From positions 7,585-71,584 of the forward strand of contig JBLKOJ010000001.1 of NCBI GenBank assembly GCA_047602745.1: 64,000 nt of DNA. Reading direction: 5' to 3'. Both the position numbers and the translations under genes were made by a program. The DNA is from Candidatus Woesearchaeota archaeon (lineage in GTDB: Archaea > Nanobdellota > Nanobdellia > Woesearchaeales > UBA583). Shown here in pieces: positions 47,401-57,720 of this stretch. The notes under the pieces are model-generated. The model had not been told where the DNA came from. It searched no databases and worked only from the letters and a program-made list of their open reading frames with translations. Every line of letters starts with the position of its first letter. Positions within the stretch are counted from its first letter, which is position 1.

Positions 47401-48192
47401 ATGGGAAAACTAATTGTAGTATCATCGGGGAAAGGGGGTGTTGGAAAGACAACGACTTGTGTTAATTTAGCTTCAACTCTTGCACACAGAGGATTAAATG
47501 TGGTGTTGGTTGATGGTAATTTAACAACTCCTAATGTAGGATTACATTTAGGCCTTACAAAATTTCCAATTACATTTAATGATGTATTAAAAGGAAATGC
47601 AAGTTTGGAAGATGCGATTTATGTTCATCCGCTAGGATTTAAGATATTACCTGGCAGTTTGTCAATGAGATCATTTTCAGAAGTAAATTCAAGACATTTG
47701 AAAATGTCTTTAATTGAGCTTAGAGATATGTTTGATATCGTACTTGTAGATTCTGCAGCAGGACTTGGAAATGAAGCTATGTCAATTATTAAACAAGCTG
47801 ATGAATTATTAATTGTAACAAATCCAGAGCTACCCGCAATTACAGATGCATTTAAAATTATTAATCATGCAAAAGAAATTGGAATTCCAGTTAAAGGAGT
47901 GGTATTAAATAAAGTTCAAACAAGAGGTCATGATTTAGGAAATCAAGCAATTGAGAGTTTACTTGAAACACCAATTAGTATTGAAATTGATCATCACCAT
48001 GATATGAGACAAGCTTTATATAAAAAAACTCCCTTTGTTCATATGAAGCCTAAACATCATGTTACTAAAAAATATCATAGTTTAGCTCACAAAGTTCACA
48101 CAGGGGAATATCAGAGGAGAATTGAAGAACTAGAAGCAGAGAATACATTTTTACGTTCTATTCTTAACACATTAGGATTTGGTTCTAAATAA
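47401..48192 (+). CDS. minD: MinD/ParA-family P-loop ATPase
   Basis: Deviant Walker A SSGKGGVGKTT. I place the start at ATG 47401 (MGKLIVV...), not the upstream start used by the ORF track. Has a C-terminal coiled/basic tail. Confidence 0.8.
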   Translation: MGKLIVVSSGKGGVGKTTTCVNLASTLAHRGLNVVLVDGNLTTPNVGLHLGLTKFPITFNDVLKGNASLEDAIYVHPLGFKILPGSLSMRSFSEVNSRHLKMSLIELRDMFDIVLVDSAAGLGNEAMSIIKQADELLIVTNPELPAITDAFKIINHAKEIGIPVKGVVLNKVQTRGHDLGNQAIESLLETPISIEIDHHHDMRQALYKKTPFVHMKPKHHVTKKYHSLAHKVHTGEYQRRIEELEAENTFLRSILNTLGFGSK

Positions 48193-48527
48193 CTTTCCTT
48201 ATAATTTTAATATTCTTTTATTTTAAATAATGTTTTTTTCTTCATTAACAAATCTTAAACTGTCAATACTTTTAAGGGTACTTTGTATAACCTTTATTAA
48301 ATTCTCTAGTGTACTTTGATGGCCATAACTAAACTTTAATAACTAACTTTTTCAAATATATTTTCAATTAAAACTTCAACAACTTTTTCTTTCATTTGTT
48401 TAAATCTAAAAGTTTCTATAAATTTACTAAGATATAACTTAAATATCTTATGATAATTTTACTTTAGGATTTTCTTACCCACCAGAAATATAAATCTTTA
48501 TATATTTGTATAGAGTAACTTATTTAG

Positions 48528-49253
48528 ATGCTTTGGGAGAAGAAAACTGCTAAACAGATTCGTGAGAATTCTCATCAAAGAGGATATTTGTATCTTCGCG
48601 TATCTGAGTATAAAAGAGATAAACGAACACTTAAAAGAAAACCTCGGCATTTAGGAGATGGCTCTGCACATAAAGAGCGAAATAAACATATTGTGAAAAA
48701 AGATATTTATTTAGGTAAAATTCATGAACTTACCCCTTCAAGTTTTATGTCGTTTCAAGATTATATTATATTACAACTTCAAAAAGAAAGTGATTATCTA
48801 CAATATGTTTTGCATACTTCATTTGAAGAAACTGTATTTGATTTTATTTCTTATTTGCAAGAATTATATGAAATTCCTATTTCTATTTCAAAGCAAGAAC
48901 TTATTCACTCCTCCTTTACTGAAGTTCTCAACCATCCTCTAGCAAAGAAAACATTTAGTCTTAAAATAGGAGGATTTTTTAACATTGTATTATTAAAACG
49001 AGTGTTTGATTTTTTTCCACTTCATACCTATGAGATTTCAAATAGAGATTTTGAATTATTTTCAAATAGATGTTTAGACGCAGGAATTTTTGATGAATAC
49101 ATTCAAATGGTACTATATTTAAAATTAATTAATACCAGCTCCTTAGATTCAGTAGAGGAGGAGTTAGCTTCATATTATTTAAATGGAGATATGAATATGA
49201 CACTTAAAGAAAAATCGTTTGAAGATTTTATGAGAAAAATGCACAAAGAATAA
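48528..49253 (+). CDS. Hypothetical protein (241 aa), basic N-terminus
   Basis: ORF only. Confidence 0.4.
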   Translation: MLWEKKTAKQIRENSHQRGYLYLRVSEYKRDKRTLKRKPRHLGDGSAHKERNKHIVKKDIYLGKIHELTPSSFMSFQDYIILQLQKESDYLQYVLHTSFEETVFDFISYLQELYEIPISISKQELIHSSFTEVLNHPLAKKTFSLKIGGFFNIVLLKRVFDFFPLHTYEISNRDFELFSNRCLDAGIFDEYIQMVLYLKLINTSSLDSVEEELASYYLNGDMNMTLKEKSFEDFMRKMHKE

Positions 49254-49371
49254 AATGATGAATAAATGATTAATTAAATAGAGAGCAAACTTTTAAGAGT
49301 TTTTTTATGTATTTATTGAAAAGGTAACTTTATTTTATAAATTATAATTCTTTCTTGAAATCTGAATAGAG

Positions 49372-49764
49372 ATGAAATTAAAAAAAGTTATTTTAGTTGA
49401 TGCGTATAATACATTTGTTCTTTCAAATGGAAGTATAGATGAAGAGATATATAAATTACTTGAAGAATTAGAGAATACTAAAATATTAGTTACTAATGCT
49501 GATATTGAAAAACAACAAAAACTAGGAATTGTAAATATGCCTTATGAAGTATTTACACTTAATTTTAATCCTGAAAAAACTAATCCTGAATATTTTAAAA
49601 TGTTTTTAGGAATATATGGACTTGAGCCAAAAAATTGTATATATTTTGAGCATAATCCTCTTGCAGTTGAAAATGCAAATAAATTGGGGATTGTATCATT
49701 TCATTTTAATCATGAAAAAAGAGATTTAAAAGAACTTAAAACATTTTTAGAAACATACTTATAA
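49372..49764 (+). CDS. Hypothetical protein (130 aa), possibly HAD-like
   Basis: Weak resemblance to HAD motif I (ILVDAYNT). Confidence 0.3.
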   Translation: MKLKKVILVDAYNTFVLSNGSIDEEIYKLLEELENTKILVTNADIEKQQKLGIVNMPYEVFTLNFNPEKTNPEYFKMFLGIYGLEPKNCIYFEHNPLAVENANKLGIVSFHFNHEKRDLKELKTFLETYL

Positions 49765-49785
49765 AATATATTTTTAGTTATATTT

Positions 49786-50109
49786 TTACTTTGTAATTTT
49801 TTCAAGTTCTTTAAGTAATTTTTTATGAAATTCTGGTGTAATTGAACTAATTTTTTTAATTATTTTTTCTTCTGAGATTGTAAATATTCTATGAGACTTC
49901 ACATAACTTTCATGAGGAAGAGGATTTAGAAGAGAGTTATTATTAATACTAATTGAATTGTGAGATTTTTTACTGGTAACTAACATGCAAATTTTATCAC
50001 CATGTAAGTTTGAATTAGAGATAATTAATGCGGGTCTTACCTTATTTGATGTTAAATCTGAGTATGGAAAAGGTATTAAAATAATATCTCTTTGATTATA
50101 CATATGCAT
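49786..50109 (-). CDS. MazF/PemK-family toxin (type II TA)
   Basis: RDIILIPFPYSDLTSNKVRPALIIS matches the MazF/PemK core (G.i..v.fp...g.e...RPavVvs). Overlaps the upstream small antitoxin-like ORF. Confidence 0.6.
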   Translation of the reverse strand: MHMYNQRDIILIPFPYSDLTSNKVRPALIISNSNLHGDKICMLVTSKKSHNSISINNNSLLNPLPHESYVKSHRIFTISEEKIIKKISSITPEFHKKLLKELEKITK

Positions 50110-50314
50110 TCCACCTTTCATCTTCTTCATTATCCCACTCTGAGTTGAGAATTTCTTCACTGAGTTGAGTTGTTATATGTGATTCTTGTAATGAATCTAG
50201 TTCTTCGATTCGTTTTTCTATTTGTTTTCTAACATACTCACTCCATTTTATTTCTGAGTATTTTTTCATCTTTTTATATGTAGAATTTTTAATTGAGAGA
50301 GTAATATTTGTCAT
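50096..50314 (-). CDS. Putative antitoxin partner of the MazF-like toxin (72 aa, acidic C-terminus)
   Basis: Position immediately upstream and overlapping the toxin. N-terminal TNITLSIKNSTYKKMKK resembles RHH/AbrB-type antitoxins. Confidence 0.4.
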   Translation of the reverse strand: MTNITLSIKNSTYKKMKKYSEIKWSEYVRKQIEKRIEELDSLQESHITTQLSEEILNSEWDNEEDERWNAYV

Positions 50315-50438
50315 AATTTTATAAGTGAATCCACTTATTTAAATTTTTGTATGATTTTTTAATAATAAGTTATCATTTTCATCTTATTATTTTCACAAAT
50401 ACGTAATATTTAAATATTTATACGTATTACAAGATATA

Positions 50439-51275
50439 ATGATAGGAAATAGAATTAAAACAGTGATGTTACTTACAGGTCTTGGAGTACTACTAATTGG
50501 TATTGGTTCATTATTTGGAACTGGTGGAATGATAATTGGATTATTATTAGCATTTGGTCTAAATTTTGGTTCATACTGGTTTTCAGACAAAATTATTTTA
50601 CGAATGCATAATGCAAAGGAGGTAAAATCTGGTAGATTATATGATATTACTAAAAGACTTGCTCCAAAGGCAGGAGTTCCAATGCCAAAGGTGTATATGA
50701 TCGAAGCGAATTATCCAAATGCATTTGCTACTGGAAGGAGTCCTAAAAAAGGAGCAGTTGCAGCTACAAGTACGTTATTGAATTTGATGAGTGATGAAGA
50801 AGTTGAAGGAGTGATGGCTCATGAACTTGCTCATATTAAACACAGAGATACATTAATTCAAACTATTGCTGTGGGTATTGCAACAGGTATTGCATTTATT
50901 GCTGAGATGTTTCAATGGATGGCTATTTTTGGATTTGGAAGAGATGAAAATGATGGAGTTGGAAGTTTAATTGGTGTCATTGCTCTTGCAATTATTGCAC
51001 CTATTATTGCAATGATTATTCAAATGGCGATATCAAGACAAAGGGAATTTATGGCTGATAGAAGAGCGGCTCAAATTACTGGAACAAGTAGAGGTTTAAT
51101 CTCTGCTCTTCAAAATTTAGAAAGAGTGCATGTGAGATCTTCTCATCCTACTAATCAAACAGTAGCTTCCATGTATATTTATAATCCGTTTAAAAAAATG
51201 GCGTTATCATCTCTGTTTTCAACTCATCCTCCAACAAGTAAGAGAATTGAGGCGTTGAAGAAATTCAAACCCTAA
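50439..51275 (+). CDS. htpX: HtpX-type M48 membrane zinc metalloprotease
   Basis: HELAHIKHRD (HExxH), N-terminal TM helices and a second hydrophobic pair after the active site. Confidence 0.85.
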   Translation: MIGNRIKTVMLLTGLGVLLIGIGSLFGTGGMIIGLLLAFGLNFGSYWFSDKIILRMHNAKEVKSGRLYDITKRLAPKAGVPMPKVYMIEANYPNAFATGRSPKKGAVAATSTLLNLMSDEEVEGVMAHELAHIKHRDTLIQTIAVGIATGIAFIAEMFQWMAIFGFGRDENDGVGSLIGVIALAIIAPIIAMIIQMAISRQREFMADRRAAQITGTSRGLISALQNLERVHVRSSHPTNQTVASMYIYNPFKKMALSSLFSTHPPTSKRIEALKKFKP

Positions 51276-51356
51276 ACATTTTAAATTCCTCTTCCTTTTT
51301 TCTCCTCCTTATAATACTACAAATTATTATAAATTAATTTTAATAATTTAACATAT

Positions 51357-52085
51357 ATGCAAAATACGGTAAGAAGAGCTCAAAATCCTAGAAGGATTTT
51401 TCTAGATTTAATTTTTTCAATTTTAATTCCTTCATTTTTACTCACAAGAGGAGAGCAATTTATTCCTGTTGACCCTGTAACGTTATTTTTTATTGCACTT
51501 GCATTTCCAACAGGGTATGGATTGTATGATTTATTTGTTAAAAAATATGTAAATATTATTTCAATTTTAGGATTTGTAAATACGTTACTTAGTGGAGTAG
51601 TTGTGATATTTGAAGCGTCTAAATTTTTTATTGTCCTTAAAGAAGCAGGATTTCCATTACTCATTGGACTTGCTTTATTATATTACAATAAAAGTGTAGC
51701 AGAATTTATTAAAGTGGTAACTGATGATATGTTTGATAAAAGGCGTATTTTAACAAAAATTACTTCAAAAACACTTGATAGATGGTACAAGAAAATTGCA
51801 CTTCAATTTACATATCCATTTTTTTTATCAGCTTTTTTAAATTTGGTAATTACGTATATTATTATTCAATCTCCTACAGGAACAGAAGCGTTTAATGAGG
51901 AGATGGGACGACTTATTTTTTGGGGATTTTTAGGAATTGCAATTCCCACAACGATTGCAACGATGGTTATTTTAATTTTAGGAGTTTTAAAATTACAAAA
52001 ACTCACAGGACTCACATTTGAAGAATTAATGCTCAGTGAAGAGGAGATGAAGAAGAATCAACAAAAAATCAAAGAGTTAGATTAA
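51357..52085 (+). CDS. Polytopic membrane protein (242 aa), unknown function
   Basis: Six or more hydrophobic segments. Confidence 0.4.
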   Translation: MQNTVRRAQNPRRIFLDLIFSILIPSFLLTRGEQFIPVDPVTLFFIALAFPTGYGLYDLFVKKYVNIISILGFVNTLLSGVVVIFEASKFFIVLKEAGFPLLIGLALLYYNKSVAEFIKVVTDDMFDKRRILTKITSKTLDRWYKKIALQFTYPFFLSAFLNLVITYIIIQSPTGTEAFNEEMGRLIFWGFLGIAIPTTIATMVILILGVLKLQKLTGLTFEELMLSEEEMKKNQQKIKELD

Positions 52086-52130
52086 TCTAAAATACAAATA
52101 TTTTTTAAGTATCAATTATTAATCTAAATC

Positions 52131-53672
52131 ATGAATTCAAAAAATACAAAGTTATCAACTTCAGATTTAGCAACTTTTTGTAAAAAGAAAGGGTTCGTAT
52201 TTCAATGTGCTGAAATTTATGGAGGATTTTCAGGTTTTTTTGATTTTGGTCCTTTAGGAGTTGAATTAAAGCAAAATATCAAGCAAGCTTATTGGAAACA
52301 TTTTGTTCATAAACGAGAAGATATAGTGGGACAAGATGGTTCTATAATTACTAATCCTAGTGTTTGGAAAGCCTCAGGTCATGTTGATAATTTTGGAGAT
52401 TTAGTTTTAACAACAAAAGATACTAAGACAAAATTACGAGCAGATCATTTTATTGAAGACACGTTAAATATTCCTGGAGATGCACTAACTGCTGATGATA
52501 TTAATACATTAATAATAGAACATAAACTAACATATAAAGGGGAGGAGTTTGAGGAAGTTAAAGATTTTAATTTGATGTTTCAAACACAAGTAGGGGCTGA
52601 TACTACAAAAAATGCAACAGCGTATTTAAGACCTGAAACAGCTCAGAGTATCTTTCCAAATTTTAAAAGTATCTCAGAGGTTTCAAGATTACAACTACCC
52701 TTTGGAATTACACAAATAGGAAAAGCGTATAGAAATGAAATTTCTCCAAGAGACTTTGTATTTAGATGTAGGGAGTTTGAACAAATAGAAATGGAATATT
52801 TTTTTCATCCTAATTCAGCATGTAGTCAATTAACAAATAAGCATTTAGAGTTGAAATTAAATGTTCTCACAGCAAAAGCGCAAGAAGAAGATTCAGAGGA
52901 GATGACTATGATGACAATTAAAGAATTATTAGAAGAGGATTCATTTAATTTAAATTCATATCATGCATATTTTTTAGCTGATTTTTATATGTGGTTTAGA
53001 AATGTTCTTGGACTTAGTTCTGAGAATATGAGAATTAGGGAGCATACTTCAACTGAGTTATCTCATTATTCAAAAGCTACATTTGATATTGATTACAAAT
53101 ATCCAATGGGTTTTAAGGAGTTGCTTGGAATGGCTAATAGAACTAACTTTGATTTAACTCAACATCAGACTCATTCAAAATCAAAACTTGAAATCTTTGA
53201 TGAAGAGAGTAAATCTAAACTTTTACCTCACGTTATTGAACCTTCTTTTGGAATTGAAAGAGCAATGATGGCAGTAATTATGGAAGCATATAATGATGAT
53301 AAAGTAAGAGGAAATATTGTAATGAAGTTTAAACCACAATTATCTCCTCATAAAGTTGCAGTTCTTCCTTTAATGAATAAAGATTCTCTTCCAATTGTTG
53401 CAAGAGAGATTTTTAATGAATTACTTGAAGAAGATATTGTAGCAGTGTATGATAAGTCGGGTTCTGTGGGTAAACGATATGCAAGAAATGATGAAATTGG
53501 AACTGCATATTGTATCACTATTGATTATGAAACTATTGAAGATGGAGAGAATAAAGATACTGTTACGATTAGAAATCGAGATACGCAAGAGCAGAAAAGA
53601 GTTCACAAAGATAAACTTGTTCAGGTAATTAGAGATTTATTAAAAGAAAAGATTACATTTGAGAAGTTATAG
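52131..53672 (+). CDS. glyS: Glycyl-tRNA synthetase (archaeal/eukaryotic alpha2 type)
   Basis: FQCAEIYGGFSGFFDFGPLG near the N-terminus, class II motifs (FRNEISPRDFVFRCREFEQ.E) and a C-terminal anticodon-binding domain. Confidence 0.88.
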   Translation: MNSKNTKLSTSDLATFCKKKGFVFQCAEIYGGFSGFFDFGPLGVELKQNIKQAYWKHFVHKREDIVGQDGSIITNPSVWKASGHVDNFGDLVLTTKDTKTKLRADHFIEDTLNIPGDALTADDINTLIIEHKLTYKGEEFEEVKDFNLMFQTQVGADTTKNATAYLRPETAQSIFPNFKSISEVSRLQLPFGITQIGKAYRNEISPRDFVFRCREFEQIEMEYFFHPNSACSQLTNKHLELKLNVLTAKAQEEDSEEMTMMTIKELLEEDSFNLNSYHAYFLADFYMWFRNVLGLSSENMRIREHTSTELSHYSKATFDIDYKYPMGFKELLGMANRTNFDLTQHQTHSKSKLEIFDEESKSKLLPHVIEPSFGIERAMMAVIMEAYNDDKVRGNIVMKFKPQLSPHKVAVLPLMNKDSLPIVAREIFNELLEEDIVAVYDKSGSVGKRYARNDEIGTAYCITIDYETIEDGENKDTVTIRNRDTQEQKRVHKDKLVQVIRDLLKEKITFEKL

Positions 53673-53782
53673 TTTCTATTAATTCTTTTTGTTTTTTATA
53701 TAATTTATATTTATTATTTTTATAGTAATTTTCTACTCCTCTTCAACTTAATATTTATAAATTAGTAATTTATATATGTAGT

Positions 53783-54019
53783 ATGCCTATTGTTATTCGA
53801 TGTCTGCATTGTCAAGAGTTTCAAATGTCTACTGCTCAAAAAATTGTGAAGTGTATCAAATGTTATAAATCAATGCAAAAAGAAAATTTGAAAATATTTT
53901 TTCAAAGTGATTCTCCTCAAGCTTGCACAGAAGTTGTAAAACGATTAAAAGAGGAGTATTTTAGAGTTCATGGAAATTATGGAGAGGATGATTTTTTCAC
54001 ATATGAATTGAATAAGTAA
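53783..54019 (+). CDS. Small zinc-ribbon protein (CxxC...CxxC)
   Basis: RCLHCQEF...KCIKCYKS. Confidence 0.35.
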   Translation: MPIVIRCLHCQEFQMSTAQKIVKCIKCYKSMQKENLKIFFQSDSPQACTEVVKRLKEEYFRVHGNYGEDDFFTYELNK

Positions 54020-54080
54020 CATAACTTTTCATAAATCAGTAAAAGAAATATTTATATATATTGATACCATTTACTATCAT

Positions 54081-54317
54081 ATGGGATATCAAGTAAATGT
54101 TCGACTCTCAGAAGAGATGAAACAAAGAGCAGAGGAGTATGCAAAAGAGTATGGTTTTTCAAACATTCAAGAAGTGATTAAAAATAGTTTGAGAAAAGAA
54201 TTATATGAACAATATTCGTATGATGATATTAAAAAAGTTGAAGAATTTGAATCTTTTTGTGATACACATGATTTGTATGCATCTGAGGAGGAGTTATTTG
54301 ATATATTGAAAAAATGA
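54081..54317 (+). CDS. Ribbon-helix-helix (CopG/ParD-like) antitoxin
   Basis: YQVNVRLSEEMKQRAEEYAKEYGFSNIQEVIKNSLRKEL is the classic RHH pattern. The stop overlaps the toxin ATG (ATGA). Confidence 0.5.
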   Translation: MGYQVNVRLSEEMKQRAEEYAKEYGFSNIQEVIKNSLRKELYEQYSYDDIKKVEEFESFCDTHDLYASEEELFDILKK

Positions 54318-54619
54318 AGTTTAAAATTAAGTTTACTTTTTTTATTAAAAATCAATTAGAGGAGCTTCATATAAAAACAAGAAAATCATTAGTATCTAAA
54401 ATTTAATTACTCAAAGAAAATCCTTTTAGAAATAAATCGTTAATCAGTCATAAGCATTTATTTAGAATTAGATTTATTGATATTAATATTGAGAAGCGAT
54501 TAATTTATGCAGTAAGAGGAGAGGAAGTAAAGTTATTATTTATTTTAAATAGAAAGAAAAATTATAAAGATTTAGACGTCTACATGAAAAAGATAAAAGA
54601 AGAATTTAAGGGGAAGTAA
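54314..54619 (+). pseudogene. RelE/ParE-family toxin homolog with one in-frame TAA (54404..54406)
   Basis: Translation MKFKIKFTFFIKNQLEELHIKTRKSLVSKI*LLKENPFRNKSLISHKHLFRIRFIDINIEKRLIYAVRGEEVKLLFILNRKKNY.... The stop sits at the same relative position (SKI*L) as in the paralog at 9028..9354. Confidence 0.5.
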
Positions 54620-54657
54620 CATAACTTTAAATATATTAAACTTAATTTAAACTATAT

Positions 54658-55314
54658 ATGAATAATGAAGAGATAATTAGTAAAACTGTTGATTTTGTAA
54701 AAAATTCTTTGGAACATGCAGAGGGTGGACATGATTGGTGGCATGTATACAGAATTTGGAAGCTATTAAAAATTCTTGCTCAAAAAGAAGGAGTTGAGAA
54801 TATGCTTATTATTGAACTAGGAGCATTACTTCATGATATTGCTGATTCTAAATTCCATGAGGGAGATGAAGAAGTTGGCCCAAAAATAGCAAGAGAATTT
54901 TTAGAGTCTTTAAGTTTAGAAGAAGATATAATTTATCATATTGAATTAATTATAAAAAATATTTCATTTAAAGGTGGAAATCATACTCAAAATTTTTCAT
55001 CTCCTGAACTTGATATTATTCAAGATGCAGATAGACTTGATGCTCTTGGTGCTATTGGAATTGCAAGAACATTTAACTATGGGGGATTTAAGCAGAGAAA
55101 GCTTTATGACCCTAATATTAAATCTAATTTAAATATGACAAAAGAGGAGTATAAAAAAAGTACTGCTCCTACTATTAATCATTTTTATGAAAAACTTTTA
55201 CTTCTTAAAGATAAAATGAATACACAAAGTGGAAAACAAATGGCTCAAAGAAGACATGAATTTATGGAAGAATATTTAGAGCAATTTTATCAAGAATGGG
55301 AAGGAGAATTATAA
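54658..55314 (+). CDS. HD-domain metal-dependent phosphohydrolase
   Basis: H...HD motif (WWHVYRI...ALLHDIADSKF) and a downstream D (DADRLDALG). Confidence 0.75.
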   Translation: MNNEEIISKTVDFVKNSLEHAEGGHDWWHVYRIWKLLKILAQKEGVENMLIIELGALLHDIADSKFHEGDEEVGPKIAREFLESLSLEEDIIYHIELIIKNISFKGGNHTQNFSSPELDIIQDADRLDALGAIGIARTFNYGGFKQRKLYDPNIKSNLNMTKEEYKKSTAPTINHFYEKLLLLKDKMNTQSGKQMAQRRHEFMEEYLEQFYQEWEGEL

Positions 55315-55334
55315 TAAAATATAAGTAAAATAAA

Positions 55335-55754
55335 TTATAAGGATTTTAAATAATTCATAATTTGAGGTTTTACTTTCTCAACACTCTCTTTAATATTCAT
55401 TTGACTAATTTGTTTATTTGTACACCATTTAAACTCTGTGTGTTCTGAAGAGAGTTGAATTCCTTTTTTTGAATTAATATACGAAAAATTATCACTTACA
55501 TATAAAATAAAGTAAAAGTCATCATCTCCTGCATAGTTGGAATACGCATCTAAAGGTTTAAATGATGTAAGTTTTACTTGAATTTCTTCTTCAACTTCTC
55601 TTATAATTCCTTCTTTTAAATCCTCCTTTTCATTTAATCTACCACCAGGTAAATCCCATAATCCTTCATCTTCTTTATAGTTAGAACGTTTTAAAAACAG
55701 AGCAGTTTTATCTTTTGAATTAATAAGTACAATTTTTTGAGCTACAATTGCCAT
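55335..55754 (-). CDS. NUDIX hydrolase
   Basis: Nudix box GGRLNEKEDLKEGIIREVEEEI (GX5EX7REUXEEXGU). Confidence 0.8.
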   Translation of the reverse strand: MAIVAQKIVLINSKDKTALFLKRSNYKEDEGLWDLPGGRLNEKEDLKEGIIREVEEEIQVKLTSFKPLDAYSNYAGDDDFYFILYVSDNFSYINSKKGIQLSSEHTEFKWCTNKQISQMNIKESVEKVKPQIMNYLKSL

Positions 55755-55930
55755 ACTAAAATCTTAGTTTAACTTTTTTTAATAATTTGTATTAATTTTG
55801 AATAAGAGTATTATTTTAGTGATATTAGACTTATTTTTAATAAATTTATAGTATGTTAACTAATAGAAATCTTTTTAAATATTGAAAATATAAATAAATT
55901 ATATGATGAAACATCAAGATAAAAATTTTA

Positions 55931-55952
55931 GCAGAAACGATGTAGTTTCTGC
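55931..55952. other. Perfect 8-bp-stem hairpin (GCAGAAAC-GATGTA-GTTTCTGC) in the AT-rich intergenic region
   Basis: An isolated GC-containing inverted repeat. No T-tract follows, so it is not a canonical terminator. Confidence 0.3.
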
Positions 55953-56168
55953 ATATCTTCCTAGTTTGTATATTATCAAGTTTAACTATTTTGTATGTTT
56001 TATTTTTTCTTAGATATCCCGTAAGGGTACGTTGATATTAATTCTAAAAAATTATGAATTACATAAGAAATACATTTTAGTGTGAAGAGATGAATTTAAA
56101 AATATGATTTGAATTAAATATATATAATTAACAAAATAATTGATAAAAGTATAATATAGTAAGGAAAA

Positions 56169-57626
56169 ATGTCAAGTAAACAACAACAATTAGCAATTAG
56201 TGTAAAAAAAGAAGAAGATATATCAACATGGTATAGTGAAGTTATTCAAAAAGCAGATTTGATGGATTATTCAAAAGTGAGTGGTTGTATTGTGTATAAA
56301 CCTAGAAGTTATGAGATTTGGGAGGAGATTCAAAAACACTTAAATACTAATATTAAAAAAAGTGGTGTCAAAAATTGTTATTTCCCTTTGCTCATTCCTG
56401 AGAGTCTGTTGTTAAAAGAAGAAGATCATGTTGAAGGATTTGCACCCGAAGTTGCATGGGTTGATTATGGAGGAGATACAAAATTAGGAGAAAGACTTGC
56501 CGTAAGGCCTACAAGTGAGAGTATCATGTATGATAGTTATTCAAAATGGATTCAATCATATAGAGATTTACCCTTAAGACTTAATCAATGGAATAGTGTT
56601 GTAAGATGGGAATTTAAGCATCCAACTCCTTTTATGCGTGGAAGAGAATTTTTATGGCAAGAAGGACACACAGCGTATGCTACACAACAAGAAGCAATAG
56701 ATGAAGCACATGAAATTTTAGAATATTATAGACAAATATATGAAGAGTTACTTGCTATTCCAGTAACTTTGGGAAGAAAATCAAATGCTGAGAAATTTGC
56801 AGGAGCAGATTTTTCCCTTACTGCTGAACCATTTAATGCTGATGATGGAAAAGTAATTCAAGGATGTACTTCACACCATTTAGGCCAAAATTTCTCAAAA
56901 GCATTTGATATTTCATATCTAGATAAAAATCAAAAAAAACAATTTGTGTGGCAAAATTCATGGGGTCTCTCAACAAGAACATTAGGAGCAATGGTATTTA
57001 TTCATGGAGATGATAGAGGAGTTATTCAACCGCCAAGAGTTGCATGTGAGCAAGTAGTAATTGTTCCATTATTATTTAAAGGAAAAGAGGAAATGGTTCT
57101 TCAAAAAGCTCAAAATATTAAAAATAAATTAGGTTTTTTAAGAGTTGTACTAGATGATAGAAAAGAGTATTCACCCGGATTTAAGTTTAATGAGTGGGAG
57201 TTAGCAGGAGTGCCTTTGAGAATTGAAATTGGACCAAGAGATATTGAACAAGGAGTATGCACTATTGTGAGAAGAGATAGTAATGAAAAAATTGAGCTTA
57301 CACTTGATGAGGTGAATGAAAATTCAATTAATGATATATTAGAGAAAATTCATTATTCATTATTTGCACTGCAGTTAGAGAAACAAGCATCAAAAACAGT
57401 AGAAGTAGACAATTTTAAAAAATTTGAAGAATATATTAAACAAGGATATCGATGTTTAGTTCCATTTAAAGAGGATGAAAAATTAGAAAATGAAGTAAAG
57501 GAGAAGACTGGTGCAAAAACAAGTTGTTTACCTTTTTCATATAAAGATAAAAATCTAAAGGATACTAAATGTTTTTATAGTGGAGAGGATGCAACGTGTT
57601 ATGCGTATTTTTCAAAATCTCATTAA
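56169..57626 (+). CDS. proS: Prolyl-tRNA synthetase (archaeal/eukaryotic type)
   Basis: Class II motifs (FMRGREFLWQEGHT; GAMVFIHGDDRG), a C-terminal Zn-binding domain ending ...CYAYFSKSH. No INS domain. Confidence 0.88.
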   Translation: MSSKQQQLAISVKKEEDISTWYSEVIQKADLMDYSKVSGCIVYKPRSYEIWEEIQKHLNTNIKKSGVKNCYFPLLIPESLLLKEEDHVEGFAPEVAWVDYGGDTKLGERLAVRPTSESIMYDSYSKWIQSYRDLPLRLNQWNSVVRWEFKHPTPFMRGREFLWQEGHTAYATQQEAIDEAHEILEYYRQIYEELLAIPVTLGRKSNAEKFAGADFSLTAEPFNADDGKVIQGCTSHHLGQNFSKAFDISYLDKNQKKQFVWQNSWGLSTRTLGAMVFIHGDDRGVIQPPRVACEQVVIVPLLFKGKEEMVLQKAQNIKNKLGFLRVVLDDRKEYSPGFKFNEWELAGVPLRIEIGPRDIEQGVCTIVRRDSNEKIELTLDEVNENSINDILEKIHYSLFALQLEKQASKTVEVDNFKKFEEYIKQGYRCLVPFKEDEKLENEVKEKTGAKTSCLPFSYKDKNLKDTKCFYSGEDATCYAYFSKSH

Positions 57627-57720
57627 TATTTTAATTTTTTAATTAATTTTTGAGATTATTTCTTAATTTTAATTATTAAATAATCAAATTTATAAATATT
57701 TAAATTATAAAACTACAAAT

